64,000 nucleotides of DNA. Origin: Promethearchaeota archaeon (lineage in GTDB: Archaea > Asgardarchaeota > Lokiarchaeia > Sigyniarchaeales > SOKP01). How positions within the stretch are numbered: position 1 is the first letter of the stretch; the number at the start of each line of letters is the position of its first letter. The notes under the pieces were generated by a model that worked only from the letters and a program-made list of their open reading frames with translations, ran no database searches and had not been told where the DNA came from. Below, piece after piece: positions 20,630-30,501 of the stretch. Location of the stretch: positions 416,124 through 480,123 of the forward strand of contig JBHLLT010000001.1 of assembly GCA_048938855.1 (NCBI GenBank), read 5' to 3'. The translations under genes were made by a program, and so were the position numbers.

Positions 20630-21018
20630 TAGTACAAAAAAGGATAAACTGATGTGTCAGAATTATTAAAATGTAAAAATTTGACATAAATTAATGCCCA
20701 TTTTTTTATCTCATATAATATATATAATGGTTGGGAGAAAATGTTCCACCAGAATATATTCATTCATCTAGTGTTAAAATTTGAATTTTTTATCTGAAAT
20801 CAAAAATTGATCCTTTTATAGTAATAGATTTTAATAGTAAATAATTACTCAATTTTTTTCGTCAATTTTTTTTGTCGACTACATTTGAGTGATCACATAC
20901 ATCGGATTAACATTGATCAACCAACACATTTAAATATAAGAAATACTAATTAAAATTTAAATACTCTTTAAAAAAAAGGTTAAAAAAATAATTATTAATA
21001 AAGTGGAGGAAAAATAAA

Positions 21019-21225
21019 ATGGCTGCATTTGCATGGAGTCCACTACGGGCTCTAATGAAAAAAGCTGGAGCGGAAATTGTAAGTCGAGCCGCAGTTGATA
21101 AATTAATGGATTATTTAGAAGAATATGCTAAGAGTTTAACTGGTTGTGCGCTTGATATTGCTAAACACTCCGGTAGAAAGAAAGTTACCGCTGCAGATAT
21201 GAAAATCGCTATTGGGTTAATTTAA
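21019..21225 (+). CDS. Archaeal histone (HMf family, tailless)
   Basis: 68 aa; MKKAGAEIVS..A, AKHSGRKKVTAAD; GGAGG SD; T-rich tract downstream. Confidence 0.95.
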   Translation: MAAFAWSPLRALMKKAGAEIVSRAAVDKLMDYLEEYAKSLTGCALDIAKHSGRKKVTAADMKIAIGLI

Positions 21226-21368
21226 AACCAAAATTAAGGTTTAAATTTATGCGATTTTATTATTTTCAGCTCTTATTTTTTTTTTATTTTTAAATTTGTT
21301 CAAAACAGCTTCTATTGAGTTTAGATTGGATTTTGTTTCCCTTCTTCTTCTTTGTTCATAATTAAAGA

Positions 21369-21635
21369 CTATTTTTCTGCTGTATAGTCTTTTAAAAAGA
21401 TTTTTCCATTATTACTTTCAAGAATGGACAAAGTTCCATTTTTATCTTTTCCTTCCAACACCAGTATCTCATCTTCAGCTTCTATTAGAATTCTCTTTAA
21501 TGTTCCACAACCATATTCTTTTACAAATTTCTCAGAGATATGTAGAACTGCTGCACTTATTGCAGCTATTAGTTTATCACCTTTATCTTCTGAATCAAGG
21601 GGGAGGCCTTCTTTAGTAAAATTAAAAGATTTCAT
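21369..21635 (-). CDS. Short roadblock/LC7 (MglB-like) protein, lacking the first helix
   Basis: EGLPL.S, IAAISAA, GTLKRILIEAE; in-frame stop two codons upstream of ATG. Confidence 0.75.
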   Translation of the reverse strand: MKSFNFTKEGLPLDSEDKGDKLIAAISAAVLHISEKFVKEYGCGTLKRILIEAEDEILVLEGKDKNGTLSILESNNGKIFLKDYTAEK

Positions 21636-21874
21636 AAATTACTCAAATAGTAATTATTTTTTTTACATATTTATCCTTTTTCTTTAGAATCGGGACTTTT
21701 GAAGAAAAAGTGATTTTTATATTTGTAAAGGCATATACATTTATGTATAGATTTAGAGATATCACATTCAGTAAAGATGATAAATATAAGAAATAAATTT
21801 TCTACTTCTTCTATTTTATTACAAAATCATCCTACTTAATTGATTTAAATATGGTTTGAAGTGTAATTTTAAAT

Positions 21875-22057
21875 ATGTTGTCAAATATCAAATGTGATAT
21901 ATGTGGAGACTTTTTGAATGCCAATTTTATAAATCGTGAGGGTTGCTCAGAGTGTACACAACACTATTGTTCTAAGTGTGGTTATCAATATGAAACAGGA
22001 TTTAGATATAATTTATTAATCAAACAATTTATTAGATATGTAAGATTCAACCCTTAA
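21875..22057 (+). CDS. Small zinc-finger protein (three CxxC)
   Basis: CDIC, CSEC, CSKCG in 60 aa; TTTAAATA about 24 nt upstream, consistent with a leaderless transcript. Confidence 0.55.
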   Translation: MLSNIKCDICGDFLNANFINREGCSECTQHYCSKCGYQYETGFRYNLLIKQFIRYVRFNP

Positions 22058-22082
22058 GTTACTAGTTATTATTTAAAAAAAA

Positions 22083-22127
22083 TAAGGACAATTATAATCC
22101 CAAAAAACCTTTGCTCGGTTGTCCTTA
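22083..22127 (-). other. 3'-UTR stem-loop of the Sec-peroxiredoxin gene (candidate SECIS or terminator)
   Basis: Perfect 9-bp stem TAAGGACAA/TTGTCCTTA, 25 nt after the stop, followed by a U-tract on the minus strand. Confidence 0.5.
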
Positions 22128-22152
22128 AACGTCTCCTTTTTATACGCTTAAT

Positions 22153-22692
22153 TCATTCTTTATTGGGATTTACAATTAATTTATCAATAACATCAGTCAT
22201 CATTTCAATTGAAGGTCTATCTGTTTTATCATTTCCAATATATTTCCAAACGATCTTCTCATCTTTATTAATTAGAAATTTGCTTGGAACCGCTTGTTTA
22301 ATTTTATAATCTTTTCCTCCTCCAGGTGCGTACCAATAAACATCGTATAATTTTGCTATTTTAGCACCTCTATCAGAAATCATATCAACATGAAAATTGT
22401 TTTCTTCTTTAAATTTACTCAAAAGTCTTACACTGTCGCTTGCAATAGATATTAATTTAATATTTCTTTTTTCAAATTCAGAGATTTTCTCTGTTAACAA
22501 CGCTAAATGTTTTTTACAGTGACTTCACCAATTTCCTCGGAAAAAGTCGATCATAACTCCATCATATGTTTTTAGAAGATCAGTTAGATTTATAGAATTC
22601 TCATAAATATCTTTTGTATCAATTAATGGTGCTGTTGTATTTAGATCCAAACCTTCAGGTCTTGGAGGTTCTTCTGGGTTAGCATTTATCAT
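22153..22692 (-). CDS. Peroxiredoxin-like (AhpC/TSA) probable selenoprotein, 179 aa, U56xxC59
   Basis: Frame continuous from ATG 22692 except one TGA at 22527-22525 in DFFRGNW-U-SHC; downstream ISIASD, ISD...IAKLY.V, AVPSKFLI, DRPS. Confidence 0.85.
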
Positions 22693-22797
22693 TTGAATAG
22701 CCTTTTTTTAGTGTAAATTAATGAATTTAGCATTTTAAACATATGTCTATTGATAAATAAATAGTTATTTTAAAGTAAGAAGATTTGGTAGAATTTC

Positions 22798-23334
22798 TTA
22801 CTCACTTGAAAACCTATCGAAGAGAATTTCTGTCATTACATTAAAAGTTTTTTCAACATTAGCCCCGGTTTTGGATGAAAGTTCCAAAAAGGATGCTAGA
22901 TTATACTTTTTTGTTGCTAATATCCCTTCCTCTCTGGGGATTACCCTAAATTCATCAAGATCTGCTTTTGAGCCAATTAACATAATCGGAATATCACCTG
23001 TGTGTTCTCTAATCACTTGGGTCCAATCAGGAAGATGATTTAATGATGATTGATTAGTGATGTCATATAAAAAAAGAGCACCATTAGCTCCTTTACAATA
23101 CTGGGAGAGTAAGAATCGAAATCTTTCTTCTCCTCCAAAATCCCATATTTGTAGCTTTACTTTTTTATTATTAAAGGTTGTTGTTTTGGAATAGAAATCT
23201 ACTCCAATTGTTAACTTTAAATCTTCTTGAAAAAACCCCGAAATATATCTTATTGTGAGTGATGTTTTACCCACAGAAGCATCACCTAACATTAGAATTT
23301 TAAACGTATAATCGTATAGTGTCAATTTAATCAA
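22798..23334 (-). CDS. Rab-like small GTPase
   Basis: YDYTFKILMLGDASVGKTSL, TIGVDF, QIWDFGGEERF, SKAD, ELSSKTG. Confidence 0.95.
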   Translation of the reverse strand: MIKLTLYDYTFKILMLGDASVGKTSLTIRYISGFFQEDLKLTIGVDFYSKTTTFNNKKVKLQIWDFGGEERFRFLLSQYCKGANGALFLYDITNQSSLNHLPDWTQVIREHTGDIPIMLIGSKADLDEFRVIPREEGILATKKYNLASFLELSSKTGANVEKTFNVMTEILFDRFSSE

Positions 23335-23489
23335 TAAATTTATATTTTTAGGTCATAAATTCAATAGGAATTTTGATTGGTTAAAGTCCAGTATAAGGGA
23401 GATTAAATTTTGATTTATAATATAAATATACCTAATAGTAATTAATTTTTATTTAATTTAAAAATAATAATTTCATCATAAAGCAGAAT

Positions 23490-24131
23490 TTATATAACCA
23501 TTACTAAGATATTAAAAAGTGAATGAGCAATAGAATTGGGAATTATTGAATAATTAAAGTATATATAAATTGAAGATAGTAAAAGTCCAAAAGTAAAGTA
23601 ATACCCAAAAAAAGTTATAATTGTTGAGAACGGGACTAAAAAAGGTGGAACATGATATAAAGCAAAAATGATTGAGGAAATAAGAATTGAGTATATTGAT
23701 TTCAATTTTAGATTAAACTTTTTAATAAGAAATCCCCTAAAAAAAGCTTCTTCACATGGCCCTGTTATAATGATTTGTAAAATAATTAGGATAGACATTT
23801 GAATTACATCAGGTTGAACAGGTGTAGTATCTATGATTCCCTCTTGAGCAGATTCAACAAATTCACTACCAAGTAAATTCCTAATAATAAAATCTCGAAA
23901 AAAAAGGATAAGATAACCACTTAAGAAAAAGAAGATTATACCGAAACATAGCCCAGATATGATTTTTCTAACCAATCTGTCATTCATTTGAAAACCCATC
24001 TCATTAATTTCAGTCATAAATGATTTCTTCTTCAAATTACTCAAAAATAAAGCTGGTAAAATAACAAAAAGAAGTTCAAAAAATATTAATCCAATTAAAA
24101 TCCATGGATTTTCTCCTAATTGTACAGTCAT
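23490..24131 (-). CDS. CPBP (Abi/Rce1-like) intramembrane glutamic endopeptidase
   Basis: EEAFFRG, FALYH, HSLFN all intact. Confidence 0.92.
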   Translation of the reverse strand: MTVQLGENPWILIGLIFFELLFVILPALFLSNLKKKSFMTEINEMGFQMNDRLVRKIISGLCFGIIFFFLSGYLILFFRDFIIRNLLGSEFVESAQEGIIDTTPVQPDVIQMSILIILQIIITGPCEEAFFRGFLIKKFNLKLKSIYSILISSIIFALYHVPPFLVPFSTIITFFGYYFTFGLLLSSIYIYFNYSIIPNSIAHSLFNILVMVI

Positions 24132-24224
24132 TTTATAATATTATGCTTTCCTTTCTCTGTGTTAAAAATCAAAAAATTATAGATCTCATTATTATTAATA
24201 TTAATAAGATTATTTGAACTTTTA

Positions 24225-25502
24225 ATGACAATTCGGGATAAATTCATCAATCCTGATGATAGGAATTTAAAAAATGCAATAAATAGTAATAAAATAGAGA
24301 AAAATGGTCTAACAAAAGAGCAAATTCTCTATGAGCACCTTAAAATTATTGCAAGGGAATATCTAGCGCTTGAAAAAATAAAGAATTCCTTTATAAAAGT
24401 CCTTCTTAAAAATGTGGATGATTTAGATTTTTCTCAATTTATTAATTATCCCAAATTTTATATTAAGGAAGACTCTTTGATAAAAGCGGTTCAATCTGCA
24501 AATATAAGAGGATTGAATGTAGTAAGTGTTGATGGAAGTTCTGTAACTAAGAAATATGTTAATGTAGATTTTTCATTTCTAAAAGCGATTGCAGTTAACT
24601 ATTATTTTAAAGAAAATCATGTTGCACATATTGCTTATTATCCTGATCTTAGTGGTTTTAATAATTATTTAGTGCAAGGCAATTTATTTAATCGAGATGA
24701 GACTCTGGTTGATACAAATATATCTATTGATATGACCTTTATGGAAATCAACCTCTTAAATAATATGATCGAGAGGATTTCTAATATTGATATGATAATA
24801 ATAGATGGATCGATTGTCATTATGCCTATAAATTTAGTATTTTCTAAGGACATTGAAACCTCAAAGAAGTATGACAGATTATTGAAAGAATATCATAAGT
24901 TATATTTGAATTGTAAGGAAAAGGGAATATTGTTAATTGGTTCGATCAAGGATACTAGAACTTCTGCTTTATGCCATTTATTAAGAGATTCTATTCAATT
25001 ATTAAAGCCAAACTATACAAGATTAACTGATTTTATTAAAGCTGATTATCGAAAAGTCATGGAATATTTTTCAGACATAGATTTATTCAATAGATTGATG
25101 AAAAAATCTGAGAGAACATGTATCTTCAATTGTAAAAGAGAAATTGATAAAATTAGAGATACTGGAATTAAAAAGGAAATACCTTATTACTTTCCTCTTT
25201 CATTTTATGCATTCTATCTAAAAACTGTCAAATATGATACTCCTTGCAGAATAGAATTTTTTATGGATGAGAAGCACTCATTTAAAAAGGCTTCGGAAAA
25301 AGCAGATTTAATTACTTCTATTTTATTGCCAATTTCAAGTCTAAATGAGAATTACGGTCTACCAATCCCTCAAATTGAAGCCCATAGAAGGGCTGTTTTT
25401 AAACCAACAGAAGTAGATATATTACTCAATAATTTGACAAGGACTCTTAATACACATGGTATATCTCTTTTAGAAAAAAGAAGAAATAGAAGACCATTTT
25501 AG
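24225..25502 (+). CDS. nurA: NurA-family nuclease
   Basis: SVDGSS, E, IIDGSI, GSIKD, YGLPIPQIEAH. Confidence 0.85.
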   Translation: MTIRDKFINPDDRNLKNAINSNKIEKNGLTKEQILYEHLKIIAREYLALEKIKNSFIKVLLKNVDDLDFSQFINYPKFYIKEDSLIKAVQSANIRGLNVVSVDGSSVTKKYVNVDFSFLKAIAVNYYFKENHVAHIAYYPDLSGFNNYLVQGNLFNRDETLVDTNISIDMTFMEINLLNNMIERISNIDMIIIDGSIVIMPINLVFSKDIETSKKYDRLLKEYHKLYLNCKEKGILLIGSIKDTRTSALCHLLRDSIQLLKPNYTRLTDFIKADYRKVMEYFSDIDLFNRLMKKSERTCIFNCKREIDKIRDTGIKKEIPYYFPLSFYAFYLKTVKYDTPCRIEFFMDEKHSFKKASEKADLITSILLPISSLNENYGLPIPQIEAHRRAVFKPTEVDILLNNLTRTLNTHGISLLEKRRNRRPF

Positions 25503-26182
25503 TGTTGAGTGTATATGAGTCTATTTAAATGAAGATCTTCAAAGAAGATGTGTATTTTGTAAACAATTTCATTCACATAACCTAGTTTATTAATTTCCTT
25601 ATTAAATGCTTTTAAATTAGTCCTACTAGATGTAGTGCAATAAATATAATGATCATGTTTTAAATTTAAAAATGGAACTACACTTTTTAGAAAATCTATT
25701 AAAATTTCATATCCTTTATTCCCGCCATCCCAACTATAATCAATAACTTCTTTCTCTTCTTTTTTTATCAACTGAGAGGAGGGTAAATAAGGTGGATTGA
25801 AAACAATAATATTAAATGATGCTTTTAATTGATTTGGAAAAGATTTAAACAAGTTTGATTTTATAAAAAATATTTCATCATCAATTCCATTTTCAATTTG
25901 GTTTAATTCTGAACATTTTATTGCTTCTTCTAAGATATCAGAAGCATAAATTTTTGGATTAAAATCTTGGAATTTATTTTTAATTAATTGAAAGAAAATA
26001 GCAATTATTCCAGTCCCAGTACCTAAATCAAGAATGTTTCTTATTTCACTTAATTTTATCCCATCAAAAGATGTAGAATTAATATGAGATTTGAAATAAT
26101 CTAATAACATATATGTATCATCAGAAGGAGTATAAACATTTTTATAATCACAGTTAATAATTGGATCTGGAAATGCTGACAT
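25499..26182 (-). CDS. HemK2/N6AMT1-like release-factor glutamine methyltransferase
   Basis: VYTPSDDTY.LL, LDLGTGTG, FNPPYLP, WDGG. Confidence 0.92.
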   Translation of the reverse strand: MSAFPDPIINCDYKNVYTPSDDTYMLLDYFKSHINSTSFDGIKLSEIRNILDLGTGTGIIAIFFQLIKNKFQDFNPKIYASDILEEAIKCSELNQIENGIDDEIFFIKSNLFKSFPNQLKASFNIIVFNPPYLPSSQLIKKEEKEVIDYSWDGGNKGYEILIDFLKSVVPFLNLKHDHYIYCTTSSRTNLKAFNKEINKLGYVNEIVYKIHIFFEDLHLNRLIYTQH

Positions 26183-26200
26183 ACTTTAATCCTATTTTAA

Positions 26201-27052
26201 TTAGCTTTTTGAATAAAAAAGTTTACAAATTTCAATATAGTCATCAATTTCAAAAGTAAATACCTTTCTATTTTCAAAACTATTCTTATGCAAAATCAAG
26301 AGAATATCATCTTTTGAATATTGAATATTTGTGTGATTTTTAAAAAATAACTCAATTGCATTTGCGATATTTCTATTCTTATAGGGCATTATTCCTGATA
26401 AAAATTTCAAAAAAAATTTAATTGCTTCATTCTCCAAGAAGAAGGCATTAGGTTCTTCTATAGGAATAAGTTTAATAAGTGATATGTCAATTTTTGGAAT
26501 AGGCCAAAAGCTTTTTCTTGGTACAGGTGATTTCAGAACAGGTTTCATGAAAGCATTCACATTAATACTAATTCGAGAGAATTTTTTATAAATTGAAGTT
26601 AAAAATATGCGATCTGCTATACTTTTTTCAATAGTTAATACTCCTATAGGGGGATTTAATCTAAAAAATATCTTTTCTAATATAAGCCCTGTAATAGTAT
26701 AAGGAATATTAGAAATTACTTTATCATGTTTTGGGAGATCAATTTTAAGAATATCACCATGAATAATTTCTATATTATCATATATAGAGAATTCATTGTC
26801 TAGATATGCATATAATCGGTGATCAATTTCAACAGCATATAATTTTTTTACTAATTTTATTAATTCTTGAGTTAAGCTTCCTAATCCGGGCCCAATTTCT
26901 AAAACAACATCATTCTGAGATGGTTTAGAGAGATTGATGATTTTCTTTGTAATATTTTTATCAATTATAAAATTCTGACCTAGATATTTGTTAGGTTCTA
27001 TTTTCAGTTGTTTTAAAATCAGTTGAGGTTCTTTAATTTTCATTTGATTCAT
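26201..27052 (-). CDS. ksgA: 16S rRNA m6,2A dimethyltransferase (KsgA/Dim1)
   Basis: LGQNF, VLEIGPGLG.LT, ISNIPY.IT, F.P.PKID. Confidence 0.95.
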   Translation of the reverse strand: MNQMKIKEPQLILKQLKIEPNKYLGQNFIIDKNITKKIINLSKPSQNDVVLEIGPGLGSLTQELIKLVKKLYAVEIDHRLYAYLDNEFSIYDNIEIIHGDILKIDLPKHDKVISNIPYTITGLILEKIFFRLNPPIGVLTIEKSIADRIFLTSIYKKFSRISINVNAFMKPVLKSPVPRKSFWPIPKIDISLIKLIPIEEPNAFFLENEAIKFFLKFLSGIMPYKNRNIANAIELFFKNHTNIQYSKDDILLILHKNSFENRKVFTFEIDDYIEICKLFYSKS

Positions 27053-27690
27053 TCATACTTTTGAGTCTTGCTAAAGAGGTAATATTTTACATCTCTTTGA
27101 AGTTCTTTAATAATTCTCTGTGCAATCAATTTAGCAGGATGAGAAATACTTGTTCTATCCGCAATATCTTGAAATGTTACAAATTTTTGTCTTTCTCTAG
27201 CATCAAGGATTTCCCACATATGCTTCTGACCAACACCGGGTAACAATTTTAAAGCGTGCATTCTAGGAGTAATTGAAGTAGAGTTATTAAAGAATTTGAT
27301 GAATTCCTCCTCATATTTTAATACTTCTTTTTCAAGAATTGGCAAAATTAATGCTTTAGAAGTACTAGTTAATTCATTATAGTCTATTTTCTTTAAAACT
27401 TCTTTTAACTTTTCTTCATTTAAAAATTCTTCATAGGTTTTATGTTCTTGAACTGCAATATCAGAATTTTTATTAAATTTAACCTCATAAAGGACAAAAT
27501 CTGGAAAAGTAAGAACTTGAGCTATTGGAGTTTTGGCCCAACTAGGTTTATCATCTTCGGGATGGCCATGTAATAATAGATCTAGGATTATAATTTCCCG
27601 AAATTTCTTTATGAATTGTTTCTTCTTCTTCGGCCCTCCACGATAATCTCTTCTGCGTGGAAGGTCTCTGTAACGCTCTCTTCTTTCCAT
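27049..27690 (-). CDS. DUF655 putative RNA-binding protein
   Basis: FFN....ITPRMH.L.LLPGVG.K.MWEIL..R; conserved position after rpo4. Confidence 0.9.
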   Translation of the reverse strand: MERRERYRDLPRRRDYRGGPKKKKQFIKKFREIIILDLLLHGHPEDDKPSWAKTPIAQVLTFPDFVLYEVKFNKNSDIAVQEHKTYEEFLNEEKLKEVLKKIDYNELTSTSKALILPILEKEVLKYEEEFIKFFNNSTSITPRMHALKLLPGVGQKHMWEILDARERQKFVTFQDIADRTSISHPAKLIAQRIIKELQRDVKYYLFSKTQKYE

Positions 27691-27847
27691 TATTACTAAC
27701 TTTTCTGTTTTTAACTTTTCCGATTACCATTTCAAAATTTTTATTTTAATAAACTACATAATTAGATGGGATTGCTCATTGAATTTAAAACAAAACAGAC
27801 TTATAAATTTTATTTGAATTTTATAGAATAGAATCGAAATTTAATAA

Positions 27848-28213
27848 TTAAGCGGATTTTAGTTCTTCCATCTCTTCAATTATAACTTCTAATTGATCAT
27901 CTGTTAATGTTTTACCTGTAAAACTTTTTTCTAATATAGGTCTAAGTTCTAAAATTGTCTTTGGATCGATATTAATAATGTTAATTGCGTAAAGTTCTTC
28001 AATCTCATACTTATCCATTAATAATTTTTTTATTTTTTTTGCAGTTTTTGCATCATACTTCGCAAATTTATTCACATAATTATAGGTAATTTCCTGAAAA
28101 TGAGACATACCTTCCTCTGAATCAATTTGTAATAATTGATCCTTTAAATTTTCCATTATTTCTTTCACTTCAGGGATAGAAACACTTTTTTCTTCTTTCT
28201 TGCGACCAGACAT
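27848..28213 (-). CDS. rpo4: RNA polymerase subunit Rpo4 (F)
   Basis: SIPEVKEI, Q.ITY.Y..KF, AI.IINI.P....ELR; position between eL21 and DUF655. Confidence 0.88.
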   Translation of the reverse strand: MSGRKKEEKSVSIPEVKEIMENLKDQLLQIDSEEGMSHFQEITYNYVNKFAKYDAKTAKKIKKLLMDKYEIEELYAINIINIDPKTILELRPILEKSFTGKTLTDDQLEVIIEEMEELKSA

Positions 28214-28235
28214 TTTAATTCAAATCATTTTTAAA

Positions 28236-28544
28236 TTATTCTTTAACAGAAACAGAATTTAACCTAAGATGCTCCTTCCCAATTATTAGCGTTTTTTTAG
28301 AATTCCCCAATTTTACTTCTACTAAATAACAGCGTCCTCTCTGAGCAATGATAGTACCAGTACGCCCGTGGTATCTACTATTTGGCATTCCTCGCTTATG
28401 TTGAGAAGGATCAGTGATAACATCCACTTTATCTCCTTGATTATAGTCAATTAAATATTTCTCGATGGAGCCAAGCCCTCTATCTCGTACATTTTTCCTG
28501 TGTTTATGTCTTGTTTTCTTACGGTATCCACGATGCTTTACCAG
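28236..28544 (-). CDS. rpl21e: 50S ribosomal protein eL21; probable CTG start at 28544
   Basis: GYRKKTR, GDKV....DPS, GMP..RYHGRTG, EHL. Confidence 0.95.
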   Translation of the reverse strand: MVKHRGYRKKTRHKHRKNVRDRGLGSIEKYLIDYNQGDKVDVITDPSQHKRGMPNSRYHGRTGTIIAQRGRCYLVEVKLGNSKKTLIIGKEHLRLNSVSVKE

Positions 28545-28660
28545 TTTCAAGCACCTACACAATTTTCATAATTATAACTAATCAATTGATTTGGTAGAAT
28601 TATGTATTATAATTTATTTATTTTTTGATTTTGACTATATAAAATTGAATAAAATCAACA

Positions 28661-30019
28661 TTAAATAGAAATTTTTAGAACATCTAATTCTATACAATTT
28701 AGAGGAATTTTAAAGACTTCTGAAAAAGAAGGAGTAGTGCGCCCTTCATCACCACTAATAAGCTCCTTTATATAAGTTCCACCTTGAGTTTCTATAATAA
28801 ACTCATATAAATTTGATTTTTTGAATTTTCCATCAATTTTGTAAATAGATTTTTCTCGTACTTTATCACTCCGCCGATGAGATACTCTATTTGGTGTTCT
28901 TTGCTGAATATTTTTATTTTCGAATATGCTTTTCAGAATGATTACTTTTTGGTCAAAATCCTCTTTATTTAGTTTAGTTTCAGATTTGATAACAGCTTTA
29001 TATATTTTTCTTGTGTTTCTTGCTTCTGTTTTAAGATTTATTACTTCTTTTTTGTTACTATATCTTAAATCAAAAATTCTCACTTTTTTTCTATTAATTT
29101 TATTGATCTTATTTTGGATTTTATCCAAATTTAAATCTCTAATTTCAGGATTTCTTAATTCAAGAATAAACGGTCTTCCATCGCCTAACATTCTTACATC
29201 AATATCCTCTCTTCCAGCACCGTGAAACTTCAAATCGGTAGCATTCGATTCCTTAATAAATTCGGAGCTTATTAAATCCTCTACGCTTGTTAAATATTGT
29301 TTACCAGTATAATTACACAGTTCACATCCAGCACCCTTACATTTTTTGCAAAACCAATGAGTTTGAGGGATCCCTCGTATTAATTTATTATATCTCCCAT
29401 AAATAAAGAGAGATTTTAGGATTAATTCAATTGAATAGTCATCATAGTCAAATGAGTAAATTAATAATACTTCGGGGTTAGAAAACTCTGGATTTTGATT
29501 TAAAACCGGTATTAACGCTTTACCTACAACACGATTAAAATGACTTTTAAAAGACTCTGCTCCTAAAAGATTGAACTCTGATTTGAATTTATCTTCTTGA
29601 TTAATAATTATAGAATCTGGCTTGGATCCAATTAAAAAGCTATTAAATTCTATTTTTTCAAGTTCTTCAATTGCTTTAGATGTATAATTATCAATATTAG
29701 AAAAAATGTTATGACATAAATAACAAATTTGATTTGAAGTACCATTCACATCACCTAACCCTTCATTTTCTAAAACTTTCTGGGCAGGAATAAAATTCGC
29801 ATTCTTAGCCAATAACTTTAGATTTTTGATTGACTGTTTTTGAATAGCTCCATTTCCTGATAGATAATTTCTATGATTTTCCATCGTTATTGTGAGCAGT
29901 AAAGAATATCCTCTATCATAGTTCGTCGTACTAGTTCCTAATAGAGAAAACATTCTACCAAGACAATGAATACATATCTGGTATCGCTGATAAATTTCTA
30001 AAACTTTATCAAAAATCAT
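28661..30019 (-). CDS. pus10: tRNA pseudouridine(54/55) synthase Pus10
   Basis: C.HCLGR, GRYNKL.RGIPQT, HGAGREDIDVRMLG.GRPF, GGTYIKEL. Confidence 0.96.
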   Translation of the reverse strand: MIFDKVLEIYQRYQICIHCLGRMFSLLGTSTTNYDRGYSLLLTITMENHRNYLSGNGAIQKQSIKNLKLLAKNANFIPAQKVLENEGLGDVNGTSNQICYLCHNIFSNIDNYTSKAIEELEKIEFNSFLIGSKPDSIIINQEDKFKSEFNLLGAESFKSHFNRVVGKALIPVLNQNPEFSNPEVLLIYSFDYDDYSIELILKSLFIYGRYNKLIRGIPQTHWFCKKCKGAGCELCNYTGKQYLTSVEDLISSEFIKESNATDLKFHGAGREDIDVRMLGDGRPFILELRNPEIRDLNLDKIQNKINKINRKKVRIFDLRYSNKKEVINLKTEARNTRKIYKAVIKSETKLNKEDFDQKVIILKSIFENKNIQQRTPNRVSHRRSDKVREKSIYKIDGKFKKSNLYEFIIETQGGTYIKELISGDEGRTTPSFSEVFKIPLNCIELDVLKISI

Positions 30020-30194
30020 AACTACGTAAATTAAGTAAACTATTATTTATTGATTTTATCCAAGAATAAAGTGTCTTTAAAAAGATTTTAAAATAAAAAT
30101 TGATTTTTTTATATATTCTAATAAATTTTACTATTATTAAAACAAGAGTATACGAGTTGTATTTATTTTTTAATTAAAAACAAGAGAGTTACAT

Positions 30195-30437
30195 ATGGCT
30201 AAAAAAAAGAATATCGAAAAAGGAATCGTCAAATGGTTTGATGCGAAAAAAGGTTTTGGATTCATAAGTGTTGTGGATCAAGAGGATGTCTTTGTACATT
30301 TCTCAAATATTGACATGTCTGGCTTTAAAAAACTGGATATGGGAGATGAAGTTGAGTTTGAAATTAAAAACTCAAATGATGGAAAAGGTCCTGAAGCTTT
30401 AAAAGTAAAAATCGTTTCAAAAGATAGACGATATTAA
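30195..30437 (+). CDS. csp: Cold-shock domain protein
   Basis: GIVKWF, KGFGFI (RNP1), DVFVHFS (RNP2), KGPEA. Confidence 0.95.
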   Translation: MAKKKNIEKGIVKWFDAKKGFGFISVVDQEDVFVHFSNIDMSGFKKLDMGDEVEFEIKNSNDGKGPEALKVKIVSKDRRY

Positions 30438-30501
30438 TATTAGATTTTTGAGTTCTGTTTACTATTTTTATTTATTTTTATTATATTAATCATTAAAAGA
30501 G

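Noticed and set aside
22153-22500. 115-aa ORF as a complete gene or simple pseudogene
   Set aside because: It lacks the active site; the intact upstream frame with TGA exactly at the catalytic Cys favours recoding
22491-22519. Bacterial-type SECIS directly after the UGA
   Set aside because: Only a weak AU-rich imperfect hairpin can be drawn; not convincing
23490-24131. CPBP protease as a CAAX-processing enzyme for the adjacent Rab
   Set aside because: None of the GTPases in the window ends in a CAAX/CC motif
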